Source: Nitrospirota bacterium (GTDB lineage: Bacteria > Nitrospirota > UBA9217). Taken from it: a DNA stretch of 64,000 nucleotides. Both the position numbers and the translations under genes were made by a program. The notes below the pieces were generated by a model. That model saw only the letters and a list, made by a program, of their open reading frames with translations. It did no database searches and was not told the DNA's origin. The stretch spans positions 160,001 to 224,000 of the forward strand of contig CAVVOB010000028.1 in NCBI GenBank assembly GCA_963749655.1. The letters are read 5' to 3'. Within the stretch, counting starts at the first letter, position 1; every line of letters begins with the position of its first letter. Positions 50,298 to 61,021 of the stretch are shown piece after piece.

Positions 50298-52937
50298 TTA
50301 TGCCCGTCCCGCGACGGCGGCTCCGCTCAGAAGTTTTTTCAGCGCTCCCAGCATCTCTTGTTCTTCGAAGGGCTTGACCAGATAATCATGGGCGCCCATA
50401 TCCAGGGCCTTTTGCCGGTGCTTGTCGCCCGCCCGGGAGGTCAGCACGATGACCGGAATGTTCATGAGGTCCGCGTTCTTCTTCATTTCCGCCATCAGGT
50501 CGTACCCGTGCATGACGGGCATCTCGAGATCGGTGATCACGGCGTCGAATTTCATGCGGCCCATGATGTTCAGCGCCTCCATGCCGTCCGGTGCAACCTC
50601 CACCTCGTAGCCGGTGCGGTCAAGGAACCGCTGCACATATTTGCGGATGCTGATGGAATCGTCGACGACGAGTACCTTCGGCTTCCGCTTCGAGAGGTCG
50701 GGCGGGGGCGCCTCCTGCTCCTGACTAACGGTCGCACGGGTCGCCACTGCGCCTTCGTCTCCGAAGAGCGATGCGATATTGATGATGAGCCGGACGGCGC
50801 CTTCGCCGGAAATCGTAGCGCCCGAAAACAGCTTGATGCCTTTCAAATAGTCGCCCAGCGATTTCACGACGATCTCTTCCCGGCCGATGATCTCCTCCAC
50901 CATGAGCGCGATCCGTTTTTCAGCCATGCCGAGAATCAGCGTCGGATGACGGAAGGTGTCTTCCTTGCTCGGAAACTTGCCCACGCCGAGAAGCTCATTC
51001 ATCTTGAGCAGCTTGACCAGCGTCCCCCGCAAGCTCACCATTTCATCGCCTGCGGCGCGCTGGATGTCTTTGTTCGAGAACCGGGTCGTTTCCTCAACGA
51101 GGTTCATCGGGACGGCCAGTTCCTGGTCGTTCAGCTTCACGATCAGTGCCTGGGCGATCGCAAGAGTCAGCGGAAGCCTGATCATGAACCGGGTGCCTAC
51201 GCCTTTTTCGGTCTTGATCTCGATCCTGCCGTTGATCCTCGCAAGCTGGGTGGACACCACGTCCATGCCCACGCCGCGGCCCGATATCTTTCCCACCTTC
51301 GTCGCCGTGGAAAAACCCGGGCGGAAAATAAGGTTGATGGCTTCAAGATCGGAAAGGGACTGCGCTTCAGGATTGGTCAGGAACCCCTTATCAACTGCCG
51401 TTTTTCTGAGGTTCGCCGGATCCATGCCCCGTCCGTCGTCTTCAATCTGCAGAATGATGCTGTTGCCTTCGTGCCGTGCATTCAGGATGAGCACGCCGGT
51501 AGGTTCCTTGCCGAGTGCTCGGCGCTCGGGCACCGTTTCGATGCCGTGGGAGATGGCATTCCTGATCATGTGCATGAGCGGATCGGAGATGATCTCGAAG
51601 ATCGTTTTGTCGATCTTGGTCTCGCCGCCGGAGACGACCATGTTGAGTTGCTTGTTCTCCTCCTGGGCAAGGTCGCGGACAGGCCGCTGGAACATCTGGT
51701 ACAGCTTGTCCACTTCGACCATGCGGGCCATGGTGATCTCGTCCTGAAGGTTGGTCGTGATCGTGGAGATGCGGGCCGTGTCAATCTCAAAGGAATCAAA
51801 GAAGCCGGCAAGTTCGGTCATGATCTCATTCGTATCGTTCGAGATCTCCGTCAGCTTGCGTGAAAGCAGGTTAAAATCGTCGTACCGGTCGAACTCCAGT
51901 TCGAGAAAATCGGTGGATTGCGCTGCTTCCTCGTGGTGGTTCTCCGCGGAGTCCACGGTCATCGTGTACTCGTACTTTTCTTCGAACTTTTTTATTTCGT
52001 GGAGCAGCCGGCTCTGGCTGAAAGCGAGTTCCTCCCGGAGCGACTTGATCAAATCGACCTGGCGGGAAAGCCGGTTGCGGTTGACGACCATCTCGCCGAC
52101 AAGGTTCATCAGGTTATCGAGCCGCTCGATATTGACGCGGATGAACTGCTTTTCCAGATCGACGGCATCCGTGGCGCGGCGGCCTGTTCCGCGTTTTTCG
52201 AGAATGCCGCTCTTCTTGGCCTCTTCGAGCTCCAGCTTGAGCGGAACGTTCGCGTCGGCGGGGGCAATGAAAGGTGCCGGGGGTCTTGCTGCCGGAGCCG
52301 CTTTCGAGGCGGGCAGCGCCGCGGGCCGGGGGGGTGACGACTGCGGGGCTGGAGGCGCCGCTTTCGGGGGGGCCGGTTCCTTGCGGATAGGCTGCGCCGG
52401 GGCTGGCTGGTCCCAGCCTACATCAAAGGTCTTTTCCCACGCCAGGTCGAGATCATCCTTGCTTGATGGCAGCGCCGGGGCCGCGGGCTTGGCCGGAGGG
52501 GCAGCGCTTGCCGGACGCGCCTTCTCTTCGGGAGCGGCCTGGATGCGGCTGACCACGTCCTTGTACGCGCGGCCGATGGTCTCCACCACGAGGGTGTCCT
52601 CTGGCTGGTTGGACGCTACACCGTCCACCATGACCTTCACGGCATCGACGCTGTCGAAAAGAAAATTCAGGGTCTCTTTGGTGATGGGGATCGTTCCCGA
52701 TCGGAACATGCCCAGCATGTCCTCGGCCTTGTGGGCCACGTCGCTGACTCCCTGAAAACCCATCATGGCCGCGGAGCCCTTCAGCGTGTGGGCCGCGCGG
52801 AAGAGCTCGTCGATCATGGCGTTGTCGGACGGATCCTTTTCAAGGGACAACAGTCCCTTGTTCAGGTTCTGGAGATGCTCGCCAGCCTCGATCAGAAAGA
52901 ACTCGATGATGCCTGATTTATCCAACGGTCCGGCCAT
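50298..52937 (-). CDS. cheA: Hybrid CheA kinase, ChpA/PilL-like (Hpt, dimerisation, HATPase, CheW, REC)
   Basis: FRAAHTLKG, LEFDRY, HMIRNAISHG, GRGVGMDVV, C-terminal VDDS..TDLEMP. Confidence 0.93.
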   Translation of the reverse strand: MAGPLDKSGIIEFFLIEAGEHLQNLNKGLLSLEKDPSDNAMIDELFRAAHTLKGSAAMMGFQGVSDVAHKAEDMLGMFRSGTIPITKETLNFLFDSVDAVKVMVDGVASNQPEDTLVVETIGRAYKDVVSRIQAAPEEKARPASAAPPAKPAAPALPSSKDDLDLAWEKTFDVGWDQPAPAQPIRKEPAPPKAAPPAPQSSPPRPAALPASKAAPAARPPAPFIAPADANVPLKLELEEAKKSGILEKRGTGRRATDAVDLEKQFIRVNIERLDNLMNLVGEMVVNRNRLSRQVDLIKSLREELAFSQSRLLHEIKKFEEKYEYTMTVDSAENHHEEAAQSTDFLELEFDRYDDFNLLSRKLTEISNDTNEIMTELAGFFDSFEIDTARISTITTNLQDEITMARMVEVDKLYQMFQRPVRDLAQEENKQLNMVVSGGETKIDKTIFEIISDPLMHMIRNAISHGIETVPERRALGKEPTGVLILNARHEGNSIILQIEDDGRGMDPANLRKTAVDKGFLTNPEAQSLSDLEAINLIFRPGFSTATKVGKISGRGVGMDVVSTQLARINGRIEIKTEKGVGTRFMIRLPLTLAIAQALIVKLNDQELAVPMNLVEETTRFSNKDIQRAAGDEMVSLRGTLVKLLKMNELLGVGKFPSKEDTFRHPTLILGMAEKRIALMVEEIIGREEIVVKSLGDYLKGIKLFSGATISGEGAVRLIINIASLFGDEGAVATRATVSQEQEAPPPDLSKRKPKVLVVDDSISIRKYVQRFLDRTGYEVEVAPDGMEALNIMGRMKFDAVITDLEMPVMHGYDLMAEMKKNADLMNIPVIVLTSRAGDKHRQKALDMGAHDYLVKPFEEQEMLGALKKLLSGAAVAGRA

Positions 52938-52942
52938 AGCGT

Positions 52943-54835
52943 TTATTCGATGAAGCCGAGCTTGATCTCCTCGTCGCTTGTCGTGACCCCGTCAACGGAA
53001 GGCGGGAAGCCTTCAAGCGCCGGGAGAGGCGGAAGTTCGCTCGTCATGGAGGGCACGGGAGCGGGGGCCGCAGCAAACGCTTCCTTCCCGATCTTGAACC
53101 TGCCGATAGCGTCATTCAGGCGTTTCGTGAGGTCTGCCAGACCGCTGATCGTCGCCACCGTGTCCTGCACGCCGTGGGTCGTTTCCTGGGTCAGCTGGGA
53201 GATGTTGTCCATGGTGTGCACCACGCTGACCGTGGACTTCACCTGGTCCGCCGCGGCCCGCGTGATGTCCGTCATGAGGGTTGCGGTCTGTTTAACGATC
53301 TGTTCGATTTCGCGAAGCGCGGCACCGGCCTGGTCCGCGAGCTTTGTACCTTCCTCCACCTCGCGGGTTCCTTCTTCCATCACCGTCACGGCTTCGCTTG
53401 TTTCCACCTGAATGCCCTTGATGAGGCCGGTAATGTCCTTCGTGGCGCGCGCGGCCCGTTCAGCCAGCTTCCGGACTTCGTCGGCAACGACCGCAAAACC
53501 CTTACCCTGTTCGCCTGCGCGGGCGGCTTCGATTGCGGCGTTCAGTGCCAGCAGGTTCGTCTGGGTGGCGATTTCGTTGATCACTTCGATGATGGCGCCG
53601 ATTTCGAGGGACCGTTCGCCGAGGCCCTTGATCTTCTTACCAGTGGACTGCACGGTTGCGCGGATGCGCTGCATGCCCTTGATCGTTTCCGACACGGCCG
53701 CGCCGCCCTTGACGGCGGCCTGGGTGGCCTTGACCGAGGTCTGGGTGGCCGCTTCGGCGTTCTCCGCCATCCGCTGGGTGGTCTGGGACATGGTGTTCAC
53801 GGCGTCCGATGCGTTCCGGATCTGTGCGGCCTGCTGCTCAGCGCCCAAGCGCATGCGCTCCGCGGAATGGAGAATATCTGCGGTCGACCGCTGGATCTCG
53901 TTTGCGACGTTGCTGGCCTGGCTCACCAGCGTGGTAAGACCGGTGATCATGAGGTTGAACGCGTCGGCCACGGACCCCAGTGCGTCGGCGGTCACTTCGG
54001 CCTTGATCGTCAGGTCGCCTTCCGCGGCCGTGCTCACGACGGATAGAAGGTCCATGACCTGGTGCTGCATCTTGTCCCGGTCGGACTCCGTCTGGATAAG
54101 GCCCTGAAGACGGTCGATCGTGCTGTTCAGCGTGCTGCCGAGCTGTCCGAGTTCGTCGCCCGTTTTCACGTTCGCTTTCTTCGTGAGATCGCCGCGGCCG
54201 AGGGCTTCGGCGATCCGCATGAGGTCCTTCACCGGCGCGATCGTCACGGCGGTCATGAACAGGGTAAAGATGACGAGAATGACGAGGAAACCGCCGCCGA
54301 CGTACATGATCTTATAGAGCAGGTTTCTGATGTTGGATTTAATGAGGGTCATGTTGAGGCCGACGTGGACGGTGCCGAGCGTGCCGCCGGCAATCGGGGA
54401 CGCGATATCGATGACCTCGACGGCGCTCTCTTTGAGACTGATCGATGCGGCCGCGGTGCCGAACGGAACCCCGGGTTTCAGGATATTGATGTTCTGGAGC
54501 GCGGGCGGTATCGCGTTTCCTTCAAAGGACGACGAAAGGATGCGTCCCCGGCCGTCACGGATGAAGCAGTACGCGACTTCGGGCTGGCTGATCGCTTCCC
54601 CCTGGATGAACTGCAGCGCGTTGAGATCTTCCACCTGGACCGGCTCCACGGCCTTGACGCTCAGACCGTCAGCGACGATGAGCGTCTTGTTGATCGCCTC
54701 GTCCTTGAGCGCGTTCTGGATCTGCAGGTATATGAACCCGAGAATGCTCGATCCGAACACGGCGGACATGCTGATAATCATCAGCGCAATCTTGGTTCTG
54801 ATGCTCATCCGATAGAAGGGATTCCATATTTTCAT
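52943..54835 (-). CDS. Methyl-accepting chemotaxis protein, PilJ-like
   Basis: 2 TM segments, HAMP domains, [35 protein letters not shown]. Confidence 0.93.
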   Translation of the reverse strand: MKIWNPFYRMSIRTKIALMIISMSAVFGSSILGFIYLQIQNALKDEAINKTLIVADGLSVKAVEPVQVEDLNALQFIQGEAISQPEVAYCFIRDGRGRILSSSFEGNAIPPALQNINILKPGVPFGTAAASISLKESAVEVIDIASPIAGGTLGTVHVGLNMTLIKSNIRNLLYKIMYVGGGFLVILVIFTLFMTAVTIAPVKDLMRIAEALGRGDLTKKANVKTGDELGQLGSTLNSTIDRLQGLIQTESDRDKMQHQVMDLLSVVSTAAEGDLTIKAEVTADALGSVADAFNLMITGLTTLVSQASNVANEIQRSTADILHSAERMRLGAEQQAAQIRNASDAVNTMSQTTQRMAENAEAATQTSVKATQAAVKGGAAVSETIKGMQRIRATVQSTGKKIKGLGERSLEIGAIIEVINEIATQTNLLALNAAIEAARAGEQGKGFAVVADEVRKLAERAARATKDITGLIKGIQVETSEAVTVMEEGTREVEEGTKLADQAGAALREIEQIVKQTATLMTDITRAAADQVKSTVSVVHTMDNISQLTQETTHGVQDTVATISGLADLTKRLNDAIGRFKIGKEAFAAAPAPVPSMTSELPPLPALEGFPPSVDGVTTSDEEIKLGFIE

Positions 54836-54905
54836 CGCTTTACTCCTTTAAAAGAGGACTCTGACAGGAGGCACGAAACGCCGCGTGCCGCCCGGGACTT
54901 CCTGT

Positions 54906-55406
54906 TCATGCCAACTTGATCTCATCGAGGATACGGTCGATGTTCAACAGCGCCGCCACTTCGTTGTCCCGCTGGATGATGCCCTTCACGAAGCGGGTGC
55001 GGCTCCTGGCTGAGGACGGCGTGCCCGTCGCCGTATCTGCAGGAAGGGCCTGGATACTGCTTTCAGGAACGCCGACGACCGCCGAAACGTTATCGACGCC
55101 GATGCCGAGCATCATGGTGCCGTGTTTAAGGATTGCTATCTGGCCGGGCGCGGACAGGTGCGGCAGGGACAGCGCCGGACGAATATCGACGATCGGAACG
55201 ATATTGCCTCGCAGATTAATGACACCGAGGACATGGGAAGGTGTGGTGGGGACAGGGAAGATATTCTGCGGGATGATGATTTCCGTCAACAGGTCAACCG
55301 GGAGAGCATAGGTGTCCTCGCCTATACTGAAGAGACAAATCCTTACTTCCTCTTCCGGTAGCACATCTATTACATCGGCGGTGACATCGTCGTCAATTGC
55401 GGCCAA
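54906..55406 (-). CDS. cheW: CheW adaptor, PilI-like
   Basis: VLGVINLRGNIVPIVD. Confidence 0.88.
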   Translation of the reverse strand: MAAIDDDVTADVIDVLPEEEVRICLFSIGEDTYALPVDLLTEIIIPQNIFPVPTTPSHVLGVINLRGNIVPIVDIRPALSLPHLSAPGQIAILKHGTMMLGIGVDNVSAVVGVPESSIQALPADTATGTPSSARSRTRFVKGIIQRDNEVAALLNIDRILDEIKLA

Positions 55407-55424
55407 ACGGGCCCCCCTCCAGGG

Positions 55425-55784
55425 TTAGATGTATTTCTTAACCGCTTTGAGCAGGTCCTCGGGCTTGAACGGTTTGGTCAAATACTCATCTGCACCCTGT
55501 TTCATCCCCCAAAACTTGTCGCTTTCCTGATCTTTGGATGTAACCATGATGACCGGAATGTTTTTGAACTGATCGTTGCTCTTGATATCCCTGCAGACCT
55601 GAAAACCATTTTTTTTGGGCATAATCACGTCGAGAATTATCAGGTCGATTTTCTCGGATTTTACCTTCGCTTCCGCTGCTTCTCCGTCCATGACGGTGAC
55701 GATCGTATGGCCCGTCGGCTGGAGCGCCTGCGTAAAAATTTGAAGCTCTGCCAGGCTATCATCAGCAATCAGTATTTTGGCCAT
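55425..55784 (-). CDS. pilH: PilH-like single-domain response regulator
   Basis: DVIMPKKNGFQVCR, SDKFWGMKQGA signature. Confidence 0.8.
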   Translation of the reverse strand: MAKILIADDSLAELQIFTQALQPTGHTIVTVMDGEAAEAKVKSEKIDLIILDVIMPKKNGFQVCRDIKSNDQFKNIPVIMVTSKDQESDKFWGMKQGADEYLTKPFKPEDLLKAVKKYI

Positions 55785-55819
55785 TCTGGTCTCCTTTTAC
55801 CCGATGTACAGGTTAGTAA

Positions 55820-55848
55820 AAATTAACATATTTCCTTGGGTGTGTCAA
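55820..55848 (-). promoter_or_regulatory. Sigma70 promoter upstream of pilH-like gene
   Basis: TTGACA-17nt-TAATTT. Confidence 0.5.
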
Positions 55849-55900
55849 GTTTTCGTTTTGTTTTCTTCGTGTTAGGACACCTGCTCCGATGCGCAGGAAG

Positions 55901-57226
55901 CTATCTCCGCCTCCTGATCAAATTCACCGACAGGAGGATGAACATGCTCTTTACCACGTCGAATTCACCGACGCAAAGCGTATCGATGATCTCCTGAATG
56001 GTACGGCGGCCGTCGACGTAGGAAAATACCTTGAGGTCCATGTCGCTCATGCCGCGCGTGGTCAGCTCCTCTGCATTTCCGATCATGGGCTCGAAGACGA
56101 TGTCGAAGTGAGGGATCTTCTGCTGGATCAGACTCCACTCGTCCGCACGCCTGGCTCCCTCGAGGAGCAGGTCGTCTACTTTCAGCTGGACGGGATGGGA
56201 AAATACGGGCGGGACTGCCTTCTCGAACGAGAACTCACCGTCCTTCCAGGCCATGATCTTGAAAATGGCCGACTCTGTATGACGGCGGAGGCAGTCGACG
56301 AATATTTTCTGATCGACAATTTTTTCCTGGGAAAGAACGCGATCAATCGGCTGCGACGTCATGTCCGCGATGCGCATGACATAATCGAGGCTCTTCTCAT
56401 CGATCTTACAGGTTCTTCGGAGCAGTTCTTCGACAGCGGACCGGCTCTCGCTGCAGTTTGAAGAAGCAAAGACAACGGCTCCGTCCTTGAAGAATACTTC
56501 GACGGCGTCGCCGGAACGGCTGATGGACAGCTTGCCGGTCTGGCGCTGGAGACCGAGCATTTGCAGCACCTCGACGATGCGAACGCTCGCGAGGTTGCCC
56601 TGGATGCCGGCGTTTTCTGCATGCTGCGGTTTAGCCAGCTCCTTCCTGATGAGTTCGGGCAGCGTGGTCTTGATGAACTCGCCAAGCACCTGTTCGACTA
56701 TGGACCGAACCATGGACTCCATCGCGCCCGCACCTGCGTAGGATGCGGGGGCCGGCTCGTCCCTGACCTCGGCGGGCCGCTCCCGCCGCAGTCCGCGGGC
56801 TGGCTCTCGCTGGGATGTTCGGGCAAGTGCGGCTGCTTCGGCTTCCGCGGCCTGTCGTTTGTCGATGACTTCCCGTATCTTTGCAAGGAGTTCTTCAGGC
56901 TGGAACGGTTTCGTAAAATATTCGGTGATCCCGAGGGTGTCGACGAACTTGCTGCCGACCTTGTCGCCCTTGGATGTCACGAGAATAATGGGAGTATCCT
57001 TGAAATTCGGGTCGTCCTTGAGGGTCTTGCAGACCTGGAAACCGTTCATCTTGGGCATGACGAAATCCACAAGAATGACGGCAGGTCGTTCGGAGCGCGC
57101 CTTGGCGATACCCTCTTCTCCGTCCGAGGCGAGCACGACCTGATAACCCTGCGAGGACAGGATCATCTCGATAAGCCGCTGTACGGTCGGACTATCGTCT
57201 ATATCGAGGATTTTCTCCCCAGCCAT
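55901..57226 (-). CDS. Response regulator with DUF4388 (PatA-like) domain
   Basis: N-terminal REC; GNLASVRIVEVLQML..TGKL, WKDGEFSF, LLLEGARRADEW, VDGRRT. Confidence 0.85.
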   Translation of the reverse strand: MAGEKILDIDDSPTVQRLIEMILSSQGYQVVLASDGEEGIAKARSERPAVILVDFVMPKMNGFQVCKTLKDDPNFKDTPIILVTSKGDKVGSKFVDTLGITEYFTKPFQPEELLAKIREVIDKRQAAEAEAAALARTSQREPARGLRRERPAEVRDEPAPASYAGAGAMESMVRSIVEQVLGEFIKTTLPELIRKELAKPQHAENAGIQGNLASVRIVEVLQMLGLQRQTGKLSISRSGDAVEVFFKDGAVVFASSNCSESRSAVEELLRRTCKIDEKSLDYVMRIADMTSQPIDRVLSQEKIVDQKIFVDCLRRHTESAIFKIMAWKDGEFSFEKAVPPVFSHPVQLKVDDLLLEGARRADEWSLIQQKIPHFDIVFEPMIGNAEELTTRGMSDMDLKVFSYVDGRRTIQEIIDTLCVGEFDVVKSMFILLSVNLIRRRR

Positions 57227-57258
57227 CACAACCCCCAAACACTGCAAAAAACAGTTGA

Positions 57259-57287
57259 ATATTAGCAGGGGAACATGCCATTGTCAA
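57259..57287 (-). promoter_or_regulatory. Sigma70 promoter of chemosensory operon
   Basis: TTGACA-17nt-TAATAT with extended TG. Confidence 0.6.
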
Positions 57288-57369
57288 CAGCTTAAACTTC
57301 TCGGGCACAAAAATACTGTTCGGATCGCGGGCACCCCCCGCCTCCTTGCACCGGGCCCGCAGCAGACTG

Positions 57370-58570
57370 TTACAGCCGAGCGGCGACGGCATCAAGAAAC
57401 GCCTCGGTCTGCGCATAGGCCGCCGGCTTGGGGTCGGCGATCGCGGCAAGGTCCTTTGTCATGACGCCGCTTTCGATGACGCTGATCACGACCTCTTCGA
57501 GCTTCCGGGCGAACGCCGTGACCTCGGGCGAGCCGTCCATGTCCCCGCGTCGGGCGATGGCGCCGGTCCAGGCAAAGATTGACGCCACGGAATTGGTCGA
57601 CGTGGGATTGCCCTTGAGGTGTTCATAGTAGTGGCGCATGACCGTACCGTGGGCGGCTTCGTATACATACTTGCCTTCAGGCGATACGAGCACCGAGGTC
57701 ATGAGGCCCAGGCTGCCGAAGCCCGATGCTACCATGTCGCTCATGACGTCGCCGTCGTAGTTCATGCAGGCCCAGAGCATGCCGCCCTCCGCCTTCATGA
57801 TCTGCGCAACCGCGTCATCGATCAGCATGTAGCGGTACTTGACGCCGAGCTTCTCGAACTCCGCCTTCCTGCGCCGCTGCTTCCCGGTCGAAAAGTTCCT
57901 TGAAGAATCCATGATAGGTCTTCGAGATCGTGTCCTTGGCCCCGAACCAGAGGTCGCATTTTTCACCGAGGGCGTAATTGATGCAGGCACGGGCAAAACT
58001 GCGGATCGATTTTTCCGTATTGTGCATGCCCATGACTACTCCCGGCCCCTTGAACTCATGCACGACGAGCGACACCTTGTCGCCGCCCGTTGCCGGCGTG
58101 AACAGAAGCTCGGCTTTGCCTGCGCCGGGGACCTTGAACTCCACGGACTTGTAAATGTCGCCGTAGGCATGCCTGCCGATGCTGATCGGCTTTTTCCAGC
58201 TCCGCACCGCGGGCGGGACGTTCTTCACGATGATCGGTTTGCGGAAGACGGTGCCGTCAAGGATGGAGCGTATCGTGCCGTTCGGACTCTTCCAGGCCTG
58301 CTTCAGATTGTACTCCTTCACGCGAGCCGCATTGGGCGTGATCGTCGCGCATTTTACGCCGACACCGTGCTCCTGGACCGCCTGGGCGGCCTCGATGGTC
58401 ACGGCATCATCGGTCGCGTCCCGGTTTTTTATGCCGAGGTCGAAATATTTCAAGTTCATGACAAGTGGGGGAACAGAAGTTTTTCCTTGATCAGCTTCCA
58501 GATGATCCGCTGTCATCTCATCGCCGTCCATCTCGACAATGGGGCCTCGTACCTGAATCTTCACGGTCAT
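57370..58570 (-). CDS. icd: NADP-dependent isocitrate dehydrogenase, type II (frameshifts near 58500-58470 and 57880)
   Basis: [37 protein letters not shown]. Confidence 0.92.
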
Positions 58571-59047
58571 CTCCTTGCAGGGAATCAACGATAATACAGC
58601 GTTGTGGAGGGGATTGTAAGGCCTGGGGCATGAATTGTCAACAGCGCAGTCCGGCACAATGTTGACTGCCGGCGGCCGGAACGAATGGGCACTGATGGGC
58701 CTCCGGAACGCGTCCGCTCGCTTGCCCCTTGGCGTGCCTGCGGACGACGGCGCTTTACGAAAAAGCCCTTTTCGGAAAACGAAGTGAAAAAGGAATTGCA
58801 ACCCCCCGCTGGGTAGAATTCCTGCTGCACGGTGCGGGTATTGTCTTTGTACCGTAGTTGCGCAGAAAGACCATTGTCTTTTTTCTACTTCAGCGACAAG
58901 GGAAATTTGCGGCAACACGATGGATACCGCGGCAGGCAAGTATTCCGGAATATCGCGGTTCGAATAATACCGGAACGACGCCTGCTGCTGATGTTGCCAG
59001 GCCCCGAGTTATTCCCGAACACACGTCCACCTGCCTGTAGCGGGCCG

Positions 59048-60952
59048 CTACGACGACTTCTTCACCGCATACCCCACAGAGGACAGCGCTGTCTCGATCT
59101 CGCCGAGCGCGGAAGGATCATCGATCGTTGACGGTATGGCATAGGCTTCTCCGTCAGCGATCTTCCGCATGGTTCCGCGCAGGATCTTGCCGGACCGCGT
59201 CTTGGGCAGCCGCTTCACGACGCAGGTCTCCTTGTAACAGGCGAACGGGCCTATGGTATTTCTGACCATCCTGGCGAGCTCGCTCCTGATTTCCTCGCCA
59301 TCCCTGTCTGCGCCGGACTTCAGCACCACCAGCCCGAGGGGGAGCTGCCCCTTGAGGCCGTCATGCACGCCGATGACGGCGCATTCGGCCACGTCCTTGT
59401 GCGTGGACACGACCTCTTCCATTTCTCCGGTAGACAACCGGTGACCGGCGACATTGATCACATCGTCGACGCGCCCCATGATGAAGACGTAGCCTTCCTC
59501 ATCGATGAAACCGCCGTCGCTGGTGAAGTAGTATCCCGGGAAGGGTTTGAGGTACGATTCGAGAAAGCGCTGGTCAGCCTGCCAGAGCGTGGGCAGCGTT
59601 CCGGGAGGCAGGGGCAGTTTTATGGCGACGAGCCCCTCCTGCTTCGGTCCGAGCTCCTTGCCGGCCGGATCCAGAATCTTCACGTTGAATCCCGGCACCG
59701 GCCTGGTGGAGGAGCCCGGCTTGATCGCAAAGGACTCGATGCCGACCGGATTCGCGGTAATGGGCCAGCCGGTTTCGGTCTGCCACCAGTGGTCGATGAC
59801 CGGTTTTTTCAGAAGCGAGTGCGCCCAGTGATAGGTATCGGGATCGAGCCGCTCGCCTGCCAGGAAGAGTGCCTTGAATCCCGACAGGTCGTACTTTTTA
59901 ATGAACTCTCCCTTCGGATCTTCCTTTTTGATTGCACGGAAGGCGGTAGGCGCGGTGAACATGACCTTCACGTTATGCTGGGAGATGACGCGCCAGAAGG
60001 CTCCGGCGTCCGGCGTGCCGACCGACTTCCCTTCATACAGGATCGTCGTGCATCCGGCAAGCAGGGGGCCGTAAACAATATAGGAGTGACCGACGACCCA
60101 ACCTACGTCCGATGCCGCCCAGAACACGTCGCCGGGCTCAACCCCATAGATATTCTCCATGCTCCACCGGAGGGCAACTGCATGACCGCCGTTGTCGCGA
60201 ACCACGCCCTTGGGTTTGCCTGTCGTGCCTGATGTGTAGAGGATATACAGCGGGTCCGTGGCTTTTACCGGCATGCAGGGAGCAGGATGAGCGCTCGCCA
60301 TGAGCTCATTCCAGTCCAGGTCGCGGCCGAGGTTCATGGATGCTTTTACCAGGTGACGCTGAAAGACGATGCACTTCTCGGGTTTGTGGGCCGCTTCTGC
60401 GATGGCCTTGTCGACCAGGGGCTTGTATTCGATGAGACGCTTGACCTCCACGGCGCCGGAGGCGGTGACGATGAGCTTCGGCTTGGCATCGTCGATCCTG
60501 ATGGCGAGTTCGTGAGGCGCAAAGCCGCCGAACACCACGGAATGGACGGCACCCACTCGAGCACAGGCCAGCATGGCGATCACGGCCTGGGGTATCATGG
60601 GCATATAGATGATGATCGTGTCGCCCTTGTGGACGCCGAGGGCGTCGAGAACGCCGGCGAAGCGGGAAACCTGCTCCAGAAGTTCGCGGTACGTGAACTT
60701 TTCGATCGTATTGGTCACCGGGCTGTCGTAGATGAGCGCAACCTGATCGGCCCGTCCGCCTTCAACGTGGCGGTCGAGGGCATTGTAGCACGTATTCAGC
60801 TCGCCGCCTTTATACCAGCGGTAGAACGGCGGATTGGATTCATCCAGCGTCTCATCCCACTTCTTGTGCCATCCGATTGCCTCGGCTGCAGCAGCCCAGA
60901 ATCCCTTCGGATCTTCTATGCTGTTCGAAAACTGATCACTATACTTGCCCAT
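59048..60952 (-). CDS. prpE: Propionate/acetate-CoA ligase
   Basis: YTSGTTGKPKG, ASDVGWVVGHSY, DHWWQTETG, LPKTRSGKILR. Confidence 0.88.
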   Translation of the reverse strand: MGKYSDQFSNSIEDPKGFWAAAAEAIGWHKKWDETLDESNPPFYRWYKGGELNTCYNALDRHVEGGRADQVALIYDSPVTNTIEKFTYRELLEQVSRFAGVLDALGVHKGDTIIIYMPMIPQAVIAMLACARVGAVHSVVFGGFAPHELAIRIDDAKPKLIVTASGAVEVKRLIEYKPLVDKAIAEAAHKPEKCIVFQRHLVKASMNLGRDLDWNELMASAHPAPCMPVKATDPLYILYTSGTTGKPKGVVRDNGGHAVALRWSMENIYGVEPGDVFWAASDVGWVVGHSYIVYGPLLAGCTTILYEGKSVGTPDAGAFWRVISQHNVKVMFTAPTAFRAIKKEDPKGEFIKKYDLSGFKALFLAGERLDPDTYHWAHSLLKKPVIDHWWQTETGWPITANPVGIESFAIKPGSSTRPVPGFNVKILDPAGKELGPKQEGLVAIKLPLPPGTLPTLWQADQRFLESYLKPFPGYYFTSDGGFIDEEGYVFIMGRVDDVINVAGHRLSTGEMEEVVSTHKDVAECAVIGVHDGLKGQLPLGLVVLKSGADRDGEEIRSELARMVRNTIGPFACYKETCVVKRLPKTRSGKILRGTMRKIADGEAYAIPSTIDDPSALGEIETALSSVGYAVKKSS

Positions 60953-61021
60953 ACCCCCCCCTTGCAGCGTACCTTATACGCCCTCCTATAATAGAAAACA
61001 GTCTTCATGCTGTCAACACCT

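Noticed and set aside
1673-58570. Frameshifts in the oxidase, FKBP, ade, hpt, reductase, two lipoproteins, STAND regulator, valS and icd as pseudogenes or programmed frameshifting
   Set aside because: They are scattered single-base indels, hit essential valS, come without in-frame stop accumulation and share no slippery motif; long-read assembly error is the simplest cause
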